Assembly: GCA_964468655.1 (NCBI GenBank)
Contig: CAYXUG010000003.1
Coordinates: 1 to 63,306, forward strand
DNA: 63,306 nucleotides
Reading direction: 5' to 3'
DNA from: an uncultured bacterium
GTDB taxonomy: Bacteria; Fidelibacterota; Marinisomatia; Marinisomatales; CAYXUG01
Position numbers and translations under genes: made by a program. Every line of letters begins with the position of its first letter. The first letter of the stretch is position 1. Of the stretch, positions 36,051 through 47,120 are shown piece after piece. The notes under the pieces were generated by a model. The model did not search any database. It was not told the DNA's origin and worked only from the letters and a program-made list of their open reading frames with translations.

Positions 36051-36887
36051 TTAGTTTGGTTTTGTTTTCCATCGACGATGAAACCAGAAATATTGTTCCG
36101 GTCTTTTTCTGATTTCATTTTCCAGCATGTGATTGTATCTCTGCATAATAGTTTCGATTTTATCATATTTATAGGTTGGAATCGTATCAAATTTTAAATG
36201 CCATTTACCACTTGTGTTCATATAGCAAATGGTCAAAATCATTGGAGCGCCCGTTTTCAAGTGGAATACAGCTGCCCCTTTCGGTGTGGAAGACGGAATA
36301 TTGAAAAAATCGAGAAAGACCCCTTTTTTTCTGAAATCCTGATCAGATGCCAGTGCAAGAATTTCGCCTTTTTCCAGGACATTCGCCAATTCATTAAAAG
36401 GCATATTCCGATAAAGTAAGGTAGCGCCGGTGAATGACCGGTGTTCAAAAAGAAATTTATTCGCACCTTTATTTTTCAGCCGTTGAATAATACAATTAAG
36501 TGGATATCCATTTTTTGCAAGCCAGACTGGAATTAATTCCCAGTTTCCAAAATGACCTGAAAGTAAAATGACCCCTTTTCGCAATGCCAAAGCATTATCA
36601 AGGATTGTAAGATTTTCCACAGTTAATTCCCTGTCAAAGTTCATTGAATTGTGTCTTAAAGCTTCAATGAATGTTATTCCGAAATGTTCATAAAGCTTCG
36701 GAATTAAATTGTTTATATTTTTGATTGGATATTCCGGCATGGCTTTTTTTATATTTTCAAGCGCTTCATCTTTTCGATAGGTATAAAATCTATAAAGGAA
36801 CCTTCCAATAAACATCCCGGCATTTCTGGATGCGCTTCCGCTCAGACTCGAAATGATATAACTTAATATTCTCAGAAAATAATACAT
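36051..36887 (-). CDS. lipid A biosynthesis (LpxL/HtrB-family) lysophospholipid acyltransferase
   Basis: LLSGHFGNWEL acyltransferase motif, PEQYFWFHRRWK C-terminus, about 280 aa. Confidence 0.8.
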   Translation of the reverse strand: MYYFLRILSYIISSLSGSASRNAGMFIGRFLYRFYTYRKDEALENIKKAMPEYPIKNINNLIPKLYEHFGITFIEALRHNSMNFDRELTVENLTILDNALALRKGVILLSGHFGNWELIPVWLAKNGYPLNCIIQRLKNKGANKFLFEHRSFTGATLLYRNMPFNELANVLEKGEILALASDQDFRKKGVFLDFFNIPSSTPKGAAVFHLKTGAPMILTICYMNTSGKWHLKFDTIPTYKYDKIETIMQRYNHMLENEIRKRPEQYFWFHRRWKTKPN

Positions 36888-37043
36888 GGGTAAGTATTCG
36901 ATTACAATTTGATTCTTTGTTGAGGCAATTTATCGGTACTTCGATTCAGGAATCAAGATATTTTCCAAAAAGAAAAATAAGAATGAAAACTAAGTTTGGA
37001 AACCGTTGACTTTTGCTGTGGGTGGGAGTAAAATCTAACTGTC

Positions 37044-38402
37044 ATGAAGTTCAGATATTTTCACATCTATTTATTTCTATTTTTATTTTCACACCTCCAT
37101 TCGGATATCGTTTACCGCGTTCCTGTCCAGAGTACCATTGACTTGGGACTTCCATCTTTCATTGAAAGGGCGGTTGAGGAAGCAGAAAATGACGAAGCTG
37201 TCGCAATTATATTTGACATAGATACATTTGGAGGACGAGTTGACGGCGCTACACAGATAAAGGACGCTATTCTTGATTCCAAAGTGTTCACGGTTGCATT
37301 CATTAACAGACGCGCCATTTCCGCAGGTGCGCTGATTTCTCTTTCCTGCGAAAAGATTATTATGGCAGGAGGTGCTACAATAGGCGCCGCTACTGCGGTA
37401 GATTTATCGGGGAAAAAAGCAAGTGAAAAAGTTATTTCCTACATGCGGGAGGAAATGGCATCCACTGCTGAAATCCGAAACAGGAATACCATGCTTGTCA
37501 GCTGCATGGTGGATGATTCTCTCAGTTTTACGCACTTGGTCTTTGAAGGTGATTCTGTGGAAGTGACCGATCTGGAAGGACGAAAACTGGGAAAGCTCAT
37601 TACCTTGACAACAGAAAAAGCACTGAAATATAACATTGCAGATACCACCGCTGAATCATTCGAAGATGTACTTTCTCTCCTTGAATTGAGTGATGCAGAA
37701 ATCATTGATTTGAGTATCAACTGGTCTGAAAAACTGGTGAGGTTTTTGACAGACCCAACTGTCAGTTCACTTCTTATGACATTAGGTTTTCTTGGATTAT
37801 TGTTTGAACTACAATCCCCGGGGTGGGGAATTCCCGGCACGGTGGGACTCATTTGTCTTACACTGTTTTTTGGCGCTTCCATGATTACTGAACTGGCAAC
37901 CATGACGGAACTGCTCATTATCCTTGTAGGAGTTGTCCTGGTTCTCGTTGAAATATTCTTAATACCGGGATTTGGTTTCGTGGGCGTATTGGGCGGATTT
38001 GTTATTATGGGTGGTTTGTTCATGATGTTGTTACCTCAACATCCCTGGCCGGCAGATATTTCTTCGGCCACATGGGGTTTTACCATTGGAATCATTGGAG
38101 CAATCATTGCTGTTTTTTTGATGGGGAGAATTCTTGTGAAGTCTCCCTTCTGGAAGAAAATTACACTTGCTACCAGTGAAAAAAGCGCTGAAGGTTACAG
38201 TACCTCTATCGGACTGGAAAACCTGGTGGGAGAATCAGGTATTGCTGTCAGTGACCTTAGACCTTCCGGATGGGTGATGGCAGGGGAAAAGAAGATATTT
38301 GTGGTAACAGAGGGTGAATTTTTATATAAAAATGAGCTAATTACAATTTTAAGCGTTGATGGAAATCGCGTTGTTGTAAGGAAAAAAGTTAATCAAAAAT
38401 AG
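37044..38402 (+). CDS. nfeD: NfeD-family membrane-bound ClpP-class serine protease
   Basis: N-terminal ClpP-like domain ([17 protein letters not shown]), central TM block, C-terminal OB-like NfeD domain ([28 protein letters not shown]). Located upstream of floA. Confidence 0.8.
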   Translation: MKFRYFHIYLFLFLFSHLHSDIVYRVPVQSTIDLGLPSFIERAVEEAENDEAVAIIFDIDTFGGRVDGATQIKDAILDSKVFTVAFINRRAISAGALISLSCEKIIMAGGATIGAATAVDLSGKKASEKVISYMREEMASTAEIRNRNTMLVSCMVDDSLSFTHLVFEGDSVEVTDLEGRKLGKLITLTTEKALKYNIADTTAESFEDVLSLLELSDAEIIDLSINWSEKLVRFLTDPTVSSLLMTLGFLGLLFELQSPGWGIPGTVGLICLTLFFGASMITELATMTELLIILVGVVLVLVEIFLIPGFGFVGVLGGFVIMGGLFMMLLPQHPWPADISSATWGFTIGIIGAIIAVFLMGRILVKSPFWKKITLATSEKSAEGYSTSIGLENLVGESGIAVSDLRPSGWVMAGEKKIFVVTEGEFLYKNELITILSVDGNRVVVRKKVNQK

Positions 38403-38410
38403 GAGGATTT

Positions 38411-39412
38411 ATGTATATACCTATCATTCTACTTGTTTTAATTGCCGTTGCACTGGCAGTTATTTTCTATTTTGTTCCCATAGGTCTATGGGTACAGGGG
38501 TTATTTTCTCTCAGTTTTGGGAAAATCACCATCATAAACCTGATTGGTATGCGTTTGAGAAAAGTTCCTCCAAAAATTGTTGTTCACGCGGTTATCAGCT
38601 TGCATAAAGCAGGTCTTGATCAAATTAACACCGATATGCTGGAAACACATTATCTGTCAGGCGGGAATGTGCCTAATATTGTTCTTGCATTAATTGCCGC
38701 AGACAAGGCAAAAATTGCGCTGGAATTTGCAAACGCGGCAGCCATTGATCTAGCCGGGAGAGATGTAAAAGGTGCAGTGCAGACCTCTGTTTATCCAAAA
38801 GTGATTGACGCTCCTGTTGAAGGAACCCTGGCAGCAATCGCTAAAGACGGTATCGAAGTGAAGGCGCGGGCAAGAGTCACGGTCCGGACGAATATTCCCG
38901 GTCTTGTTGGCGGCGCCACAGATGAAACCATTATCGCAAGAGTGGGTGAAGGAATTGTCAGCGCAATCGGATCATCAGAATCATACAAGGATGTACTGGA
39001 AAATCCCGATTCAATTTCAAAATTTGTGTTGGAAAAAGGGCTGGATGCCGGTACTGCCTATGAAATTTTAAGTATTGATATTGCCGATGTGGACGTTGGA
39101 AAAAATATAGGCGCTCATTTGCAAGCTGATCAGGCGGAGGCAGACCTCCGTGTGGCACAGGCAAGGGCGGAAACCCGCCGGGCAATGGCAGTGGCTGCTG
39201 AACAGGAAATGACAGCCAAGGTAGTTGATATGCGGGCAAAAGTCGTTGAAGCTGAAGCAGAAGTCCCCATAGCAATGGCGCAGGCATTCCGGGAAGGGAA
39301 TCTCGGTATCATGGACTACTTTTCAATGAAAAATATTCAGTCAGATACGTCCATGAGAGAATCAATTTCAGAAGAAGGGAAAAAAGATAAACCGGAAGGA
39401 CCTAGGAGCTAA
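38411..39412 (+). CDS. floA: flotillin-like protein FloA (UPF0365/YqfA, SPFH domain)
   Basis: [15 protein letters not shown]...HKAGL...[16 protein letters not shown]......[10 protein letters not shown] matches the FloA family pattern. Paired with nfeD. Confidence 0.88.
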   Translation: MYIPIILLVLIAVALAVIFYFVPIGLWVQGLFSLSFGKITIINLIGMRLRKVPPKIVVHAVISLHKAGLDQINTDMLETHYLSGGNVPNIVLALIAADKAKIALEFANAAAIDLAGRDVKGAVQTSVYPKVIDAPVEGTLAAIAKDGIEVKARARVTVRTNIPGLVGGATDETIIARVGEGIVSAIGSSESYKDVLENPDSISKFVLEKGLDAGTAYEILSIDIADVDVGKNIGAHLQADQAEADLRVAQARAETRRAMAVAAEQEMTAKVVDMRAKVVEAEAEVPIAMAQAFREGNLGIMDYFSMKNIQSDTSMRESISEEGKKDKPEGPRS

Positions 39413-39423
39413 AGGGTAGAGCT

Positions 39424-39897
39424 GTGGAAATAGGAACATGGATAATTCTGATTCTTTTTTATCTCGTCTCCGCGCTTTTGCGGAAGCGCCGCCGTGTACC
39501 TCAGACAGAAGAAAAAAGAGTTCCTGGACCTCAATCATTCACTAGCGAAGAGGATGAAAGGGAAGTCCTTCCGAGTTGGCTAAAGGAGGCGTTGGGATTT
39601 GAAGAGGAAACTGCCGAGCAAGAAGTGAGGAGGGAAGAACTTCAACAAATCATTGAACCGGAGACTGAAGAAGAAATACCCTTGGAACCGGGCATTCGAA
39701 CCAAAGCCGAACCCGAAGTTCGGGAATTTTCTGAAAAAAGGGATTGGACTCCTCAAAAGGTGCGTTTAGGTAAGGGTGCTAAGGAGATTCGATGGATGCT
39801 TAAGGAGAAAGAAAGTTTAAAAAATGTAATAGTACTGAAGGAAATTCTTGGTCCCCCGAGAGCATTTAACCGCTATTCCTGGAGATCGTTGAGATAA
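39424..39897 (+). CDS. hypothetical N-terminally anchored, highly charged protein
   Basis: GTG start. One TM segment (WIILILFYLVSALL) followed by an E/K/R-rich region. Third gene of the nfeD-floA unit. Confidence 0.5.
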   Translation: MEIGTWIILILFYLVSALLRKRRRVPQTEEKRVPGPQSFTSEEDEREVLPSWLKEALGFEEETAEQEVRREELQQIIEPETEEEIPLEPGIRTKAEPEVREFSEKRDWTPQKVRLGKGAKEIRWMLKEKESLKNVIVLKEILGPPRAFNRYSWRSLR

Positions 39898-39918
39898 ATT
39901 TACTGTTTATTAAATATT

Positions 39919-40512
39919 CTAAATAAGTTCTTTATAAATTTCATCTACCTGTCTTTTCAGGTCTTGAAGTGTTCCATTATTGTTGATAACATTATCTGCC
40001 ATGCTCACTTTGGATTCTTCCGGTAGCTGAAGTTCCATTCTTCGTATCACTTCTTCCCTTGACAAATTTCCCCGCTCCAGCGCGTGTTGGAGCCGGTGCC
40101 TGTATTGAGCGGTAACAATGATGACATAATCAAGATGCTGATCCAGTCCCGATTCGTAAATAAGCGCAGCGTCTACCACAAACATTGAATATTTACCCAT
40201 TCCGGAAATATTTTTAAACCTTACATCGATGGCATCAAATACAAAGGGGTGAATAATTGCATTTAGTACTGCCTGGTTGTCTTCGCTTGAGAACGCAACA
40301 CGGGCAAGTTTTTTGTTACTAATCATCTTATCCGGATTTTGAATGTCTGAACCAAATTCCTCTATGAGCTGCTGCTGGATGTTTTCATTTTTTACAATAA
40401 GCTTTTTTGCTTCCATATCGGCATCAAAGACATAAGCGCCCAGTTTTTTAAAATGTTGGCTTGCCAGACTTTTTCCGCTTCCGATTCCTCCCGAAATACC
40501 AACCTTCAACAT
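39919..40512 (-). CDS. coaE: dephospho-CoA kinase
   Basis: VGISGGIGSGKS P-loop, about 197 aa, typical CoaE layout. Confidence 0.9.
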   Translation of the reverse strand: MLKVGISGGIGSGKSLASQHFKKLGAYVFDADMEAKKLIVKNENIQQQLIEEFGSDIQNPDKMISNKKLARVAFSSEDNQAVLNAIIHPFVFDAIDVRFKNISGMGKYSMFVVDAALIYESGLDQHLDYVIIVTAQYRHRLQHALERGNLSREEVIRRMELQLPEESKVSMADNVINNNGTLQDLKRQVDEIYKELI

Positions 40513-40519
40513 TTTCGAT

Positions 40520-41173
40520 TTACCCAGATTTCTCTTTTAACTCAGCTTGAATTTTACCGGTGATATCATTTACCGAACCTTCACCATTTACCTCGGAAAG
40601 TAACATTTTATTTCTATAAAAATCAATAAGTGGAGATGTCTGATCCTGATAAACTTTCAATCGCTGCAGGACCACATCAGGATTGTCATCATCCCTTTGG
40701 AATAATAAACCCCCACAATTATCACATTCACCCTCTTTTTTTGGTGGATTGAATATTAAATTGGTAATGGTTTCGCACTCTCTGCAGGTTCTCCGGCTGG
40801 AAAGACGTTTGACAAGTACATCATTGCTTCCTGAGAGATACACAACCAATTCAAGTTTCTGCTGATTCATTTCTAACATTTTTTCCAATCCTTCCGCTTG
40901 AGGGACTGTTCTTGGGAAACCATCTAAAATATACCCCCGATTTTCATTATTCTGCTGTAGTTTTTTTGAAATCATATCCAGAATCAAATAATCAGGAACA
41001 AGTTTCCCTGCATTCATAAAAGATTGCGCTTTTTCACCGAGAGCTGTTTCCTGGTTTATTTCCTCTCGCAATATGTCTCCTGTGGAGAGGTGAGCTAGAT
41101 CCAGTTGATCAGCTAAGATTTTAGCCTGTGTTCCTTTCCCGATACCTGGGGGACCTAAAAAGACGAATTTCAT
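40520..41173 (-). CDS. adk: adenylate kinase (zinc-lid type)
   Basis: FLGPPGIGKGTQA, GYILDGFPRT. Lid CRECETI...CDNCGG. Confidence 0.93.
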   Translation of the reverse strand: MKFVFLGPPGIGKGTQAKILADQLDLAHLSTGDILREEINQETALGEKAQSFMNAGKLVPDYLILDMISKKLQQNNENRGYILDGFPRTVPQAEGLEKMLEMNQQKLELVVYLSGSNDVLVKRLSSRRTCRECETITNLIFNPPKKEGECDNCGGLLFQRDDDNPDVVLQRLKVYQDQTSPLIDFYRNKMLLSEVNGEGSVNDITGKIQAELKEKSG

Positions 41174-41201
41174 ATTAATACTTTTTTATCAATTTTATGA
41201 A

Positions 41202-42419
41202 TCAAATCAATATCCCCGCCAATGAAGCTGTAATCCATGATGCCAGCGCACCGCCGATCATTGCCTTCAGCGCCAGTTTGGCGAGGTCTTTTTTTCGATT
41301 TGGCGCCATCCCACCGATCCCGCCAAGCTGAATCCCGATTGAGCCGAAATTGGCAAATCCACAGAGGGCATAGCTGGCGATGATGGCTGTTCTGTCAGAC
41401 AGCGCTCCCGCTGTTATCAATTCCCGGAGATTGCCATAAGCGATAAGCTCGGTGAATATAAATTTTTCTCCCATGAGGGTGCCCAGCGTTCCTGCTTCAT
41501 TCCACGGGATGCCCATGGTCCATGCCAGCGGTTTGAAAATGAAACCGAAAATTTCCTCCATGGAGGTACCCGCCAAACCGAGCAAGAAATTCATCAACGA
41601 AATAATAGAGACAAATGCGATGAGCATAGCAGCAACATTAGCAGCCAATTTCAATCCGTCGGTGGCGCCCCTGCCGAGCGCTTCCATGGCGTTTGTGTCA
41701 ACTTTTTCGACATGAATTTTCAAATCACCGAGTGTTTCAGATTCTTTCGTTTCGGGATGGATGATTTTTGCCACAACCATGGCAGCCGGCGCTGACATCA
41801 CAGATGCAGCGAGAAGGTGCCCAGCAATACCCGGGATGTCCTTCAACCAGATTACGTAAATCGCCAAAACGCCTCCGGCAACAGTGGCAAATCCGCCTGT
41901 CATGACCGCCATCAATTCAGATTTTGTCATGCGGTCTATGAATGGCCTCACCATAAGGGGGGCTTCCGTCTGCCCCACAAAAATGTTGGCTGAAACGCTC
42001 AATGTTTCCGAGCCGCTGGTGCCCATTGTTTTTATCATAATTTTTGCAATCCATTTCACCACAAATTGTATAATACCAAAATAATATAGCAGTGTCATTA
42101 AGCTGGAGAAAAAGATGATGGTAGGCAGCGCCCGGAAAGCAAAATTAACCATTGCTTCGTGGTAGCCCACACCCGGCACAAAAGATTTAAACAGGAAATC
42201 GCTTCCCGCATCAGAAAAACTGACAAGCCGCATGAATGCCTTATCCACAAACCCGAATACCGGCTCGCCTACGGGAGTCTTTAAGATTAATATGGCAAAA
42301 ATGAGTTGAAGTCCCAAACCCCAAAAAACAACCCTCAAACTTATTGCCTTTCTGTTATTGGACATTAAAACGGCAATTCCAAGGAGTACAACTATACCTA
42401 AGATTCCAGTCATTTTCAT
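41202..42419 (-). CDS. nupC: NupC/NupG-family (CNT) nucleoside transporter
   Basis: 405 aa polytopic protein. GTSGSETLSVSANIFVGQTEAPL and GFANFGSIGIQ motifs. Confidence 0.88.
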   Translation of the reverse strand: MKMTGILGIVVLLGIAVLMSNNRKAISLRVVFWGLGLQLIFAILILKTPVGEPVFGFVDKAFMRLVSFSDAGSDFLFKSFVPGVGYHEAMVNFAFRALPTIIFFSSLMTLLYYFGIIQFVVKWIAKIMIKTMGTSGSETLSVSANIFVGQTEAPLMVRPFIDRMTKSELMAVMTGGFATVAGGVLAIYVIWLKDIPGIAGHLLAASVMSAPAAMVVAKIIHPETKESETLGDLKIHVEKVDTNAMEALGRGATDGLKLAANVAAMLIAFVSIISLMNFLLGLAGTSMEEIFGFIFKPLAWTMGIPWNEAGTLGTLMGEKFIFTELIAYGNLRELITAGALSDRTAIIASYALCGFANFGSIGIQLGGIGGMAPNRKKDLAKLALKAMIGGALASWITASLAGILI

Positions 42420-42515
42420 TATTTCTCTGCGTTCATTGCGATTTCATTGCACTCTTTGTGGTTCAAGTTAAAATAACCGCAGAGGTCGCTAAGTTTGCAC
42501 AAAGGTCGCGAAGGT

Positions 42516-42902
42516 TCATTTCAATTGTGATTCGTCAAATGCATCGGGAAGCAAATCTGTCATTTTTATTTCCTTGATATTTCCCATGGTATCGGCAATG
42601 ATAACAATGACATCTCCGCAAACATCCCAGATAAATTGCCGACAGGCGCCGCAGGGAGTAGCTCCGGATTTGGTTACCACTGCAATAGCATTAAATTTCC
42701 GATTGCCAGCAGATACAGCGGAACAGATGGCTGCACGTTCAGCGCAGATGGTTAATCCGTAACTGCTGGACTCAACATTGCAGCCGGCAAAAATCTGACC
42801 ATCTCCAGTTTCAACTGCGGCCCCCACCTTATAATTGGAATAAGGTGCGTGTGCGTTTTCCCTTGCCTCTGTTGCAGTGTGAATTAATTTTTCAGTGGCC
42901 AT
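42516..42902 (-). CDS. cdd: cytidine deaminase
   Basis: CAERAAI and PCGACRQ zinc-binding motifs, 128 aa. Confidence 0.9.
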   Translation of the reverse strand: MATEKLIHTATEARENAHAPYSNYKVGAAVETGDGQIFAGCNVESSSYGLTICAERAAICSAVSAGNRKFNAIAVVTKSGATPCGACRQFIWDVCGDVIVIIADTMGNIKEIKMTDLLPDAFDESQLK

Positions 42903-43552
42903 TGTTTTTCAATTTTTATCTGTTTCAAAAGTAATATGAGTCCCACACCTGCAACAAATCCGCCGATGTGAGCGAACCATGCGACACCGCCTGTGGTATC
43001 CAAACCTAGGGTGCCTAAACCATTGGTAAGCTGAATGAGAAACCAGAATCCCAATACATAGGCAGCAGGAATACGTAATGTGGTTATGTAGTAAAACAGA
43101 AAAGCGACAGTATGCACACGGGCTTTCGGGAATGTAATCATGTAGGCGCCAAGTATGCCGGCAATGGCTCCGCTGGCGCCAATCACAACAATCTCTGATG
43201 CGGGATCAATGGCAGTCTGCAAAATTCCGGCAGCAAGTCCGCATGCGAGATAAAAAGTTACAAATTTTGTATGTCCCAGTACACTTTCAATATTGTCTGC
43301 GAAAATCCATAGATAAAGCATGTTGCCGCCAAGATGCATGAATCCGCCATGAAGGAACATGGAGGTAAAAAGTGTCATTGTGTAATGCCCAAAATCTGTA
43401 GATAGAGTTACGGGAACGACTCCAAAATACCATGTAAATTCCCGCGTTGAAATTGTCTGTAGTAAAAAGACAGCTAAATTAATACCGAAGATGGTATATG
43501 TCACGTAGGGAACCATTACTCTCGGGTTATCATCTTTGTAGGGAAATAACAT
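42884..43552 (-). CDS. rhomboid-family intramembrane serine protease
   Basis: FLHGGFMHLGGNMLYLW, GASGAIAG (catalytic Ser), HIGGF (catalytic His). Confidence 0.85.
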   Translation of the reverse strand: MLFPYKDDNPRVMVPYVTYTIFGINLAVFLLQTISTREFTWYFGVVPVTLSTDFGHYTMTLFTSMFLHGGFMHLGGNMLYLWIFADNIESVLGHTKFVTFYLACGLAAGILQTAIDPASEIVVIGASGAIAGILGAYMITFPKARVHTVAFLFYYITTLRIPAAYVLGFWFLIQLTNGLGTLGLDTTGGVAWFAHIGGFVAGVGLILLLKQIKIEKQWPLKN

Positions 43553-43554
43553 GG

Positions 43555-45798
43555 TTACAGAATCGAGAAACTGATTTCTTTTTTTGCACTGTTTCCCACC
43601 TGATCTTTAACCGTGATGATTAAATTGTGTCCACCCTTTTTGAGTGGTTCCTGCAGAATATACCGGATGTATTTATTTATGGGCTGATACTCACAGAGCA
43701 ATGTTTTTCCATCCAGAAGAAGTTCGATATCCTGTTCATTTTTTACTCCGGCCAGTTCATCGTTAATTGAAGCGAATAGAGTCCTTACATCTTTAGCAAA
43801 ATAACTTCCGCCCGGACCGGGAAAAATATCTGTAATGACAGGATTTGTCTGATCTTGTATGACGGCCATTGTTTCAAGACTGAAAACAGTGGTGAAAAAC
43901 ATTTTTTTCTTTTCATTGTACTGCGAAGGGAGGTAGGTCCACTCCGATTTTGGGTCGTAATAGAAAATTCCCATTCTTGAAATGTCTGTAACAGATCTGT
44001 CCAATGCAATGGCAACTCTTGCGGTATCCTGCAGGGGCCTGTCGAACGGCTGAAGCTGATAGGCATCGCTGTAAAATGTTCCTCCAGACACATCCACGGG
44101 TGTTTCAACATGTTCAATCCAGTAATATGTGGATTCATAAAAAGTACCTGGAAGTGCTTGAATGGAGCATTGTTTATCACCGGAAATGGCAAATGTGGTT
44201 TTATCAGGTGAGGACAAACTGCCTGATAAGTTGAATGTAGTTTTCCGCATTGGGGATGCATGCATGGAAACGGTGGCGTTATCAATTCCAATGAGTGAAT
44301 CAGGCGAAATGGGTTCAGACAGAAATGAAGTGGGACTTACCTGACTCGTTTTTAACATCAAATATTTATTTTTTCCTGATAAAATGAGGTCGGGTAGTTT
44401 TGTGATGAAATCATTACTGTTGACCTGAAAAATGACCGAATTATCCAGATGTCTTGTGGTTAAATCAAGATCAGTCACCATATAGTCTGCACCATCAACA
44501 AAGACAGGAAGATGAAACGGCTGGCTTACGGCTCCCGATTTGAAAACGCCTGCAATCTGCAGTATGGAATACATTATATTCTCTTTTTTAAATTCCAGAG
44601 TTAAACCGCTGTCTGTTATAGTTAGTGCAGTGAAATTGATTCTTTCTTCAACAAATCCGAAATTATTAAACTTGTAGCAGATGACTCCGGTCAAAGTATC
44701 TTCGGATGATTTGCTGAAAACAGAAATATTGATGGAATTATCAACCACATTCAACACTTTTGCAGTAACTGACTTTGGGGGTGAGCTATAGAGAATCCCT
44801 TTGATCTGAGATTGATTCATGGCTTGATCAAACAGATTAATTGTTATTTGATGATACCCTTCATCGAGTTGCAGCATGCCGTTTGATTTTGAATCAATCA
44901 TGTCGAGCGGCGGATCGTTGGTTAAATTAAATAATCTGTGATATTCACCTTCGTTGTACCGTCTCAACGAATTGTCTCTTTCAAGTTCAATGAGATGGGA
45001 CTGATTAAATGGAAATGAATCAAACGTAATAGAATATTCCTTTAAAGTGTCCACCCACAATTCTGCAGTGGTAAAGTTGTATTTATGGGTGGAACCGGTT
45101 ATTTTGTCAAAAGCTGAAATGTCAATTCCCACAGTGCCGGAAACATGAATAGTGTCAGGGAATTCATAGGATTTTTGATCATTTCGCATAACCGGAAATA
45201 TTTGTGTCAGAGGTGATCCATTTATTACGGCATCGGTACTCAAAGGTATGATGGCAATGGCATCAGGAACCGGGGGGATATTGTCCTGAAGAGTCAAACC
45301 ATAAGACAATGGATTGATTGGATTGTTTTCAGCATCCCGTAATTCAAAATGGAGATGAGGTCCGAATGCACCGCCTGTTTCACCGGAATAGCTCATAATT
45401 TCTCCTTTTCGAAAGACTATCTGATCCGGCAGAAGATATTTGTCCATTTTGTAAGTCCCGAGATTTTTCTGTTCATCTCTGACCATTGATTCAATCAAAG
45501 GGGAGAATTTTTCCAAATGGGCATAAACTGCTGTATTTCCGTCTTCCAATTTGAGGTACAACGTTTTTCCATATCCATCTGAGGACACCTTGATTCTTGA
45601 AACATGTCCATTGGAAGTCGCGAAAAGGGAATGTCCGGTGGAGCCGTTTGTTTTGATATCAATCCCCGAATGAAACCGCCTTGGTCTTGTTTCCCCAAAA
45701 TTGGATGAAATGATTATTTTCAATTCAACAGGCCAAAGATATTCCTGACAAAATATGACCCGACAGAAGATGAAAATTGATAAAATGGTTTTAATCAT
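43555..45798 (-). CDS. M23-family metallopeptidase with a large C-terminal extension
   Basis: ATG at 45798 gives the leader MIKTILSIFIFCRVIFC. HSGIDI and GPHLHFELR are M23 motifs. About 550 further aa are of unknown fold. Confidence 0.75.
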   Translation of the reverse strand: MIKTILSIFIFCRVIFCQEYLWPVELKIIISSNFGETRPRRFHSGIDIKTNGSTGHSLFATSNGHVSRIKVSSDGYGKTLYLKLEDGNTAVYAHLEKFSPLIESMVRDEQKNLGTYKMDKYLLPDQIVFRKGEIMSYSGETGGAFGPHLHFELRDAENNPINPLSYGLTLQDNIPPVPDAIAIIPLSTDAVINGSPLTQIFPVMRNDQKSYEFPDTIHVSGTVGIDISAFDKITGSTHKYNFTTAELWVDTLKEYSITFDSFPFNQSHLIELERDNSLRRYNEGEYHRLFNLTNDPPLDMIDSKSNGMLQLDEGYHQITINLFDQAMNQSQIKGILYSSPPKSVTAKVLNVVDNSINISVFSKSSEDTLTGVICYKFNNFGFVEERINFTALTITDSGLTLEFKKENIMYSILQIAGVFKSGAVSQPFHLPVFVDGADYMVTDLDLTTRHLDNSVIFQVNSNDFITKLPDLILSGKNKYLMLKTSQVSPTSFLSEPISPDSLIGIDNATVSMHASPMRKTTFNLSGSLSSPDKTTFAISGDKQCSIQALPGTFYESTYYWIEHVETPVDVSGGTFYSDAYQLQPFDRPLQDTARVAIALDRSVTDISRMGIFYYDPKSEWTYLPSQYNEKKKMFFTTVFSLETMAVIQDQTNPVITDIFPGPGGSYFAKDVRTLFASINDELAGVKNEQDIELLLDGKTLLCEYQPINKYIRYILQEPLKKGGHNLIITVKDQVGNSAKKEISFSIL

Positions 45799-46073
45799 TG
45801 TGTTTGCAGATTGGTAAATATTGATATGAAATTTAGACAAATTGCTCAGACCATTCAATTCTTTTCAGAACGAAAAAGAGCTCAGGAAAGGAGCTCATTA
45901 GTGCCACGATTTTGCTTAGGGTAGGAAGGGTTAGCTGGATTTAATTTTTTCCAATTCTTCCTTCATTTTTTCCATATTTACTCGTTGCAAATTTTATCAT
46001 GCTTTTGTCCTCTGGAATGTTCTAAATTAATCCGAACCAGTTTATAGGATTATTTTAAAAAAGGAGAACCGTA

Positions 46074-47072
46074 ATGAGGAAAAACATTTGGACGATAGCT
46101 GTAGTTTTCTGTTTATTTATTAGTAACAATTTGAGGGCACAGGGTGATTTAACCGAACTTGCAGAAAAAAATGCAAAATCATACATCCAGCCATTTATAA
46201 CAGCATTTGGAATGAATATGAATAGTGGTTTAACTCATACTGCAAAAGTTCATAAGGTACTTGGTTTTGATATAAGTTTAAAAGTTATGATGGATATGAT
46301 TCCTGATGATGAATTGACATTTAACTTTGATTTAACCGGATTTGATTTTCATTACACGAACCCGCTTGATAGCTCAATTATTATTATTCCTGCATCTGTG
46401 TTATATCCAGATGACAATTCAATGCCTACTATTTTTGGAGGAACCGGTACACTTACACCAAATGCAGCGAATGCGGTTGCTTATTTGGAAGAAGATATTG
46501 GAGAGGGGGTTGTTAATCCTGATAGCTTAAACCTTGATGATCTCCACATTAGTTTTTCTGGGATTGATTTCTCTGTATTACCCATGTTTAGACCTCAAAT
46601 TTCTCTTGGCTTACCCATGAATAGTGAACTGCTTCTTAGTTACATGTCATTTGCCAGTGACGATTTTGACAACGGATCATTTTTGTCATTGGGATTAAAG
46701 CATAGTCTCGACCAGTATATACCCATGCCGACTCCATTTTTAAATCTTGCTGCACAGGGCATATATCAGAAGTTAGAATTGGGTGTCATTACGAGTACCC
46801 ACACCCATTTCAATTTACAGGCAAGTGCTGATTTCCCAATAATTTCAATATATGGTCTATTGGGAATGGACAAATCAAATTTAGAAGCCAGTTATACCAT
46901 AGAAGAAGGTATCTTTGAAGGTGAAAAGATTGGTTTCAGTCTCGATGGTGAGAATGCATTTCGTTCAACAATTGGAGCGAAGTTAAAACTGGCGCTCCTC
47001 TATTTAAGTGTTGATTATACCATTGGAAAGCATAATGCAATTACAATAGGTACCGGTGTAACACTAAGGTAG
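46074..47072 (+). CDS. hypothetical outer-membrane/secreted protein
   Basis: SD AAGGAG at 46062-46067. Signal peptide MRKNIWTIAVVFCLFISNNLRAQ. Beta-rich C-terminal region. Confidence 0.5.
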   Translation: MRKNIWTIAVVFCLFISNNLRAQGDLTELAEKNAKSYIQPFITAFGMNMNSGLTHTAKVHKVLGFDISLKVMMDMIPDDELTFNFDLTGFDFHYTNPLDSSIIIIPASVLYPDDNSMPTIFGGTGTLTPNAANAVAYLEEDIGEGVVNPDSLNLDDLHISFSGIDFSVLPMFRPQISLGLPMNSELLLSYMSFASDDFDNGSFLSLGLKHSLDQYIPMPTPFLNLAAQGIYQKLELGVITSTHTHFNLQASADFPIISIYGLLGMDKSNLEASYTIEEGIFEGEKIGFSLDGENAFRSTIGAKLKLALLYLSVDYTIGKHNAITIGTGVTLR

Positions 47073-47095
47073 TGTTTATAGAAAAATAAAAAGTG

Positions 47096-47120
47096 AAAAG
47101 GCAGGTCGAACCTGCCTTTT
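47096..47120. terminator. bidirectional rho-independent terminator between convergent genes
   Basis: aaaaGGCAGGtcgaaCCTGCCtttt: a 6-bp GC-rich stem (47100-47105 / 47111-47116) flanked by an A-run and a T-run. It lies between the stops at 47072 (+) and 47121 (-). Confidence 0.75.

Noticed and set aside
37439-38023. 194-aa minus-strand ORF opposite nfeD, and similar antisense ORFs opposite floA (38958-39312) and zupT (54763-55496).
   Set aside because: These are typical antisense open frames in locally GC-richer, membrane-protein-coding DNA. They are rich in Pro/Ser/Arg, carry no motifs, and overlap confidently assigned genes.
43785-44291. 168-aa ORF on the same strand as the M23 peptidase gene but in another frame.
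   Set aside because: It lies entirely inside the 748-aa M23 CDS. Its sequence is low-complexity with no motif and no start context.
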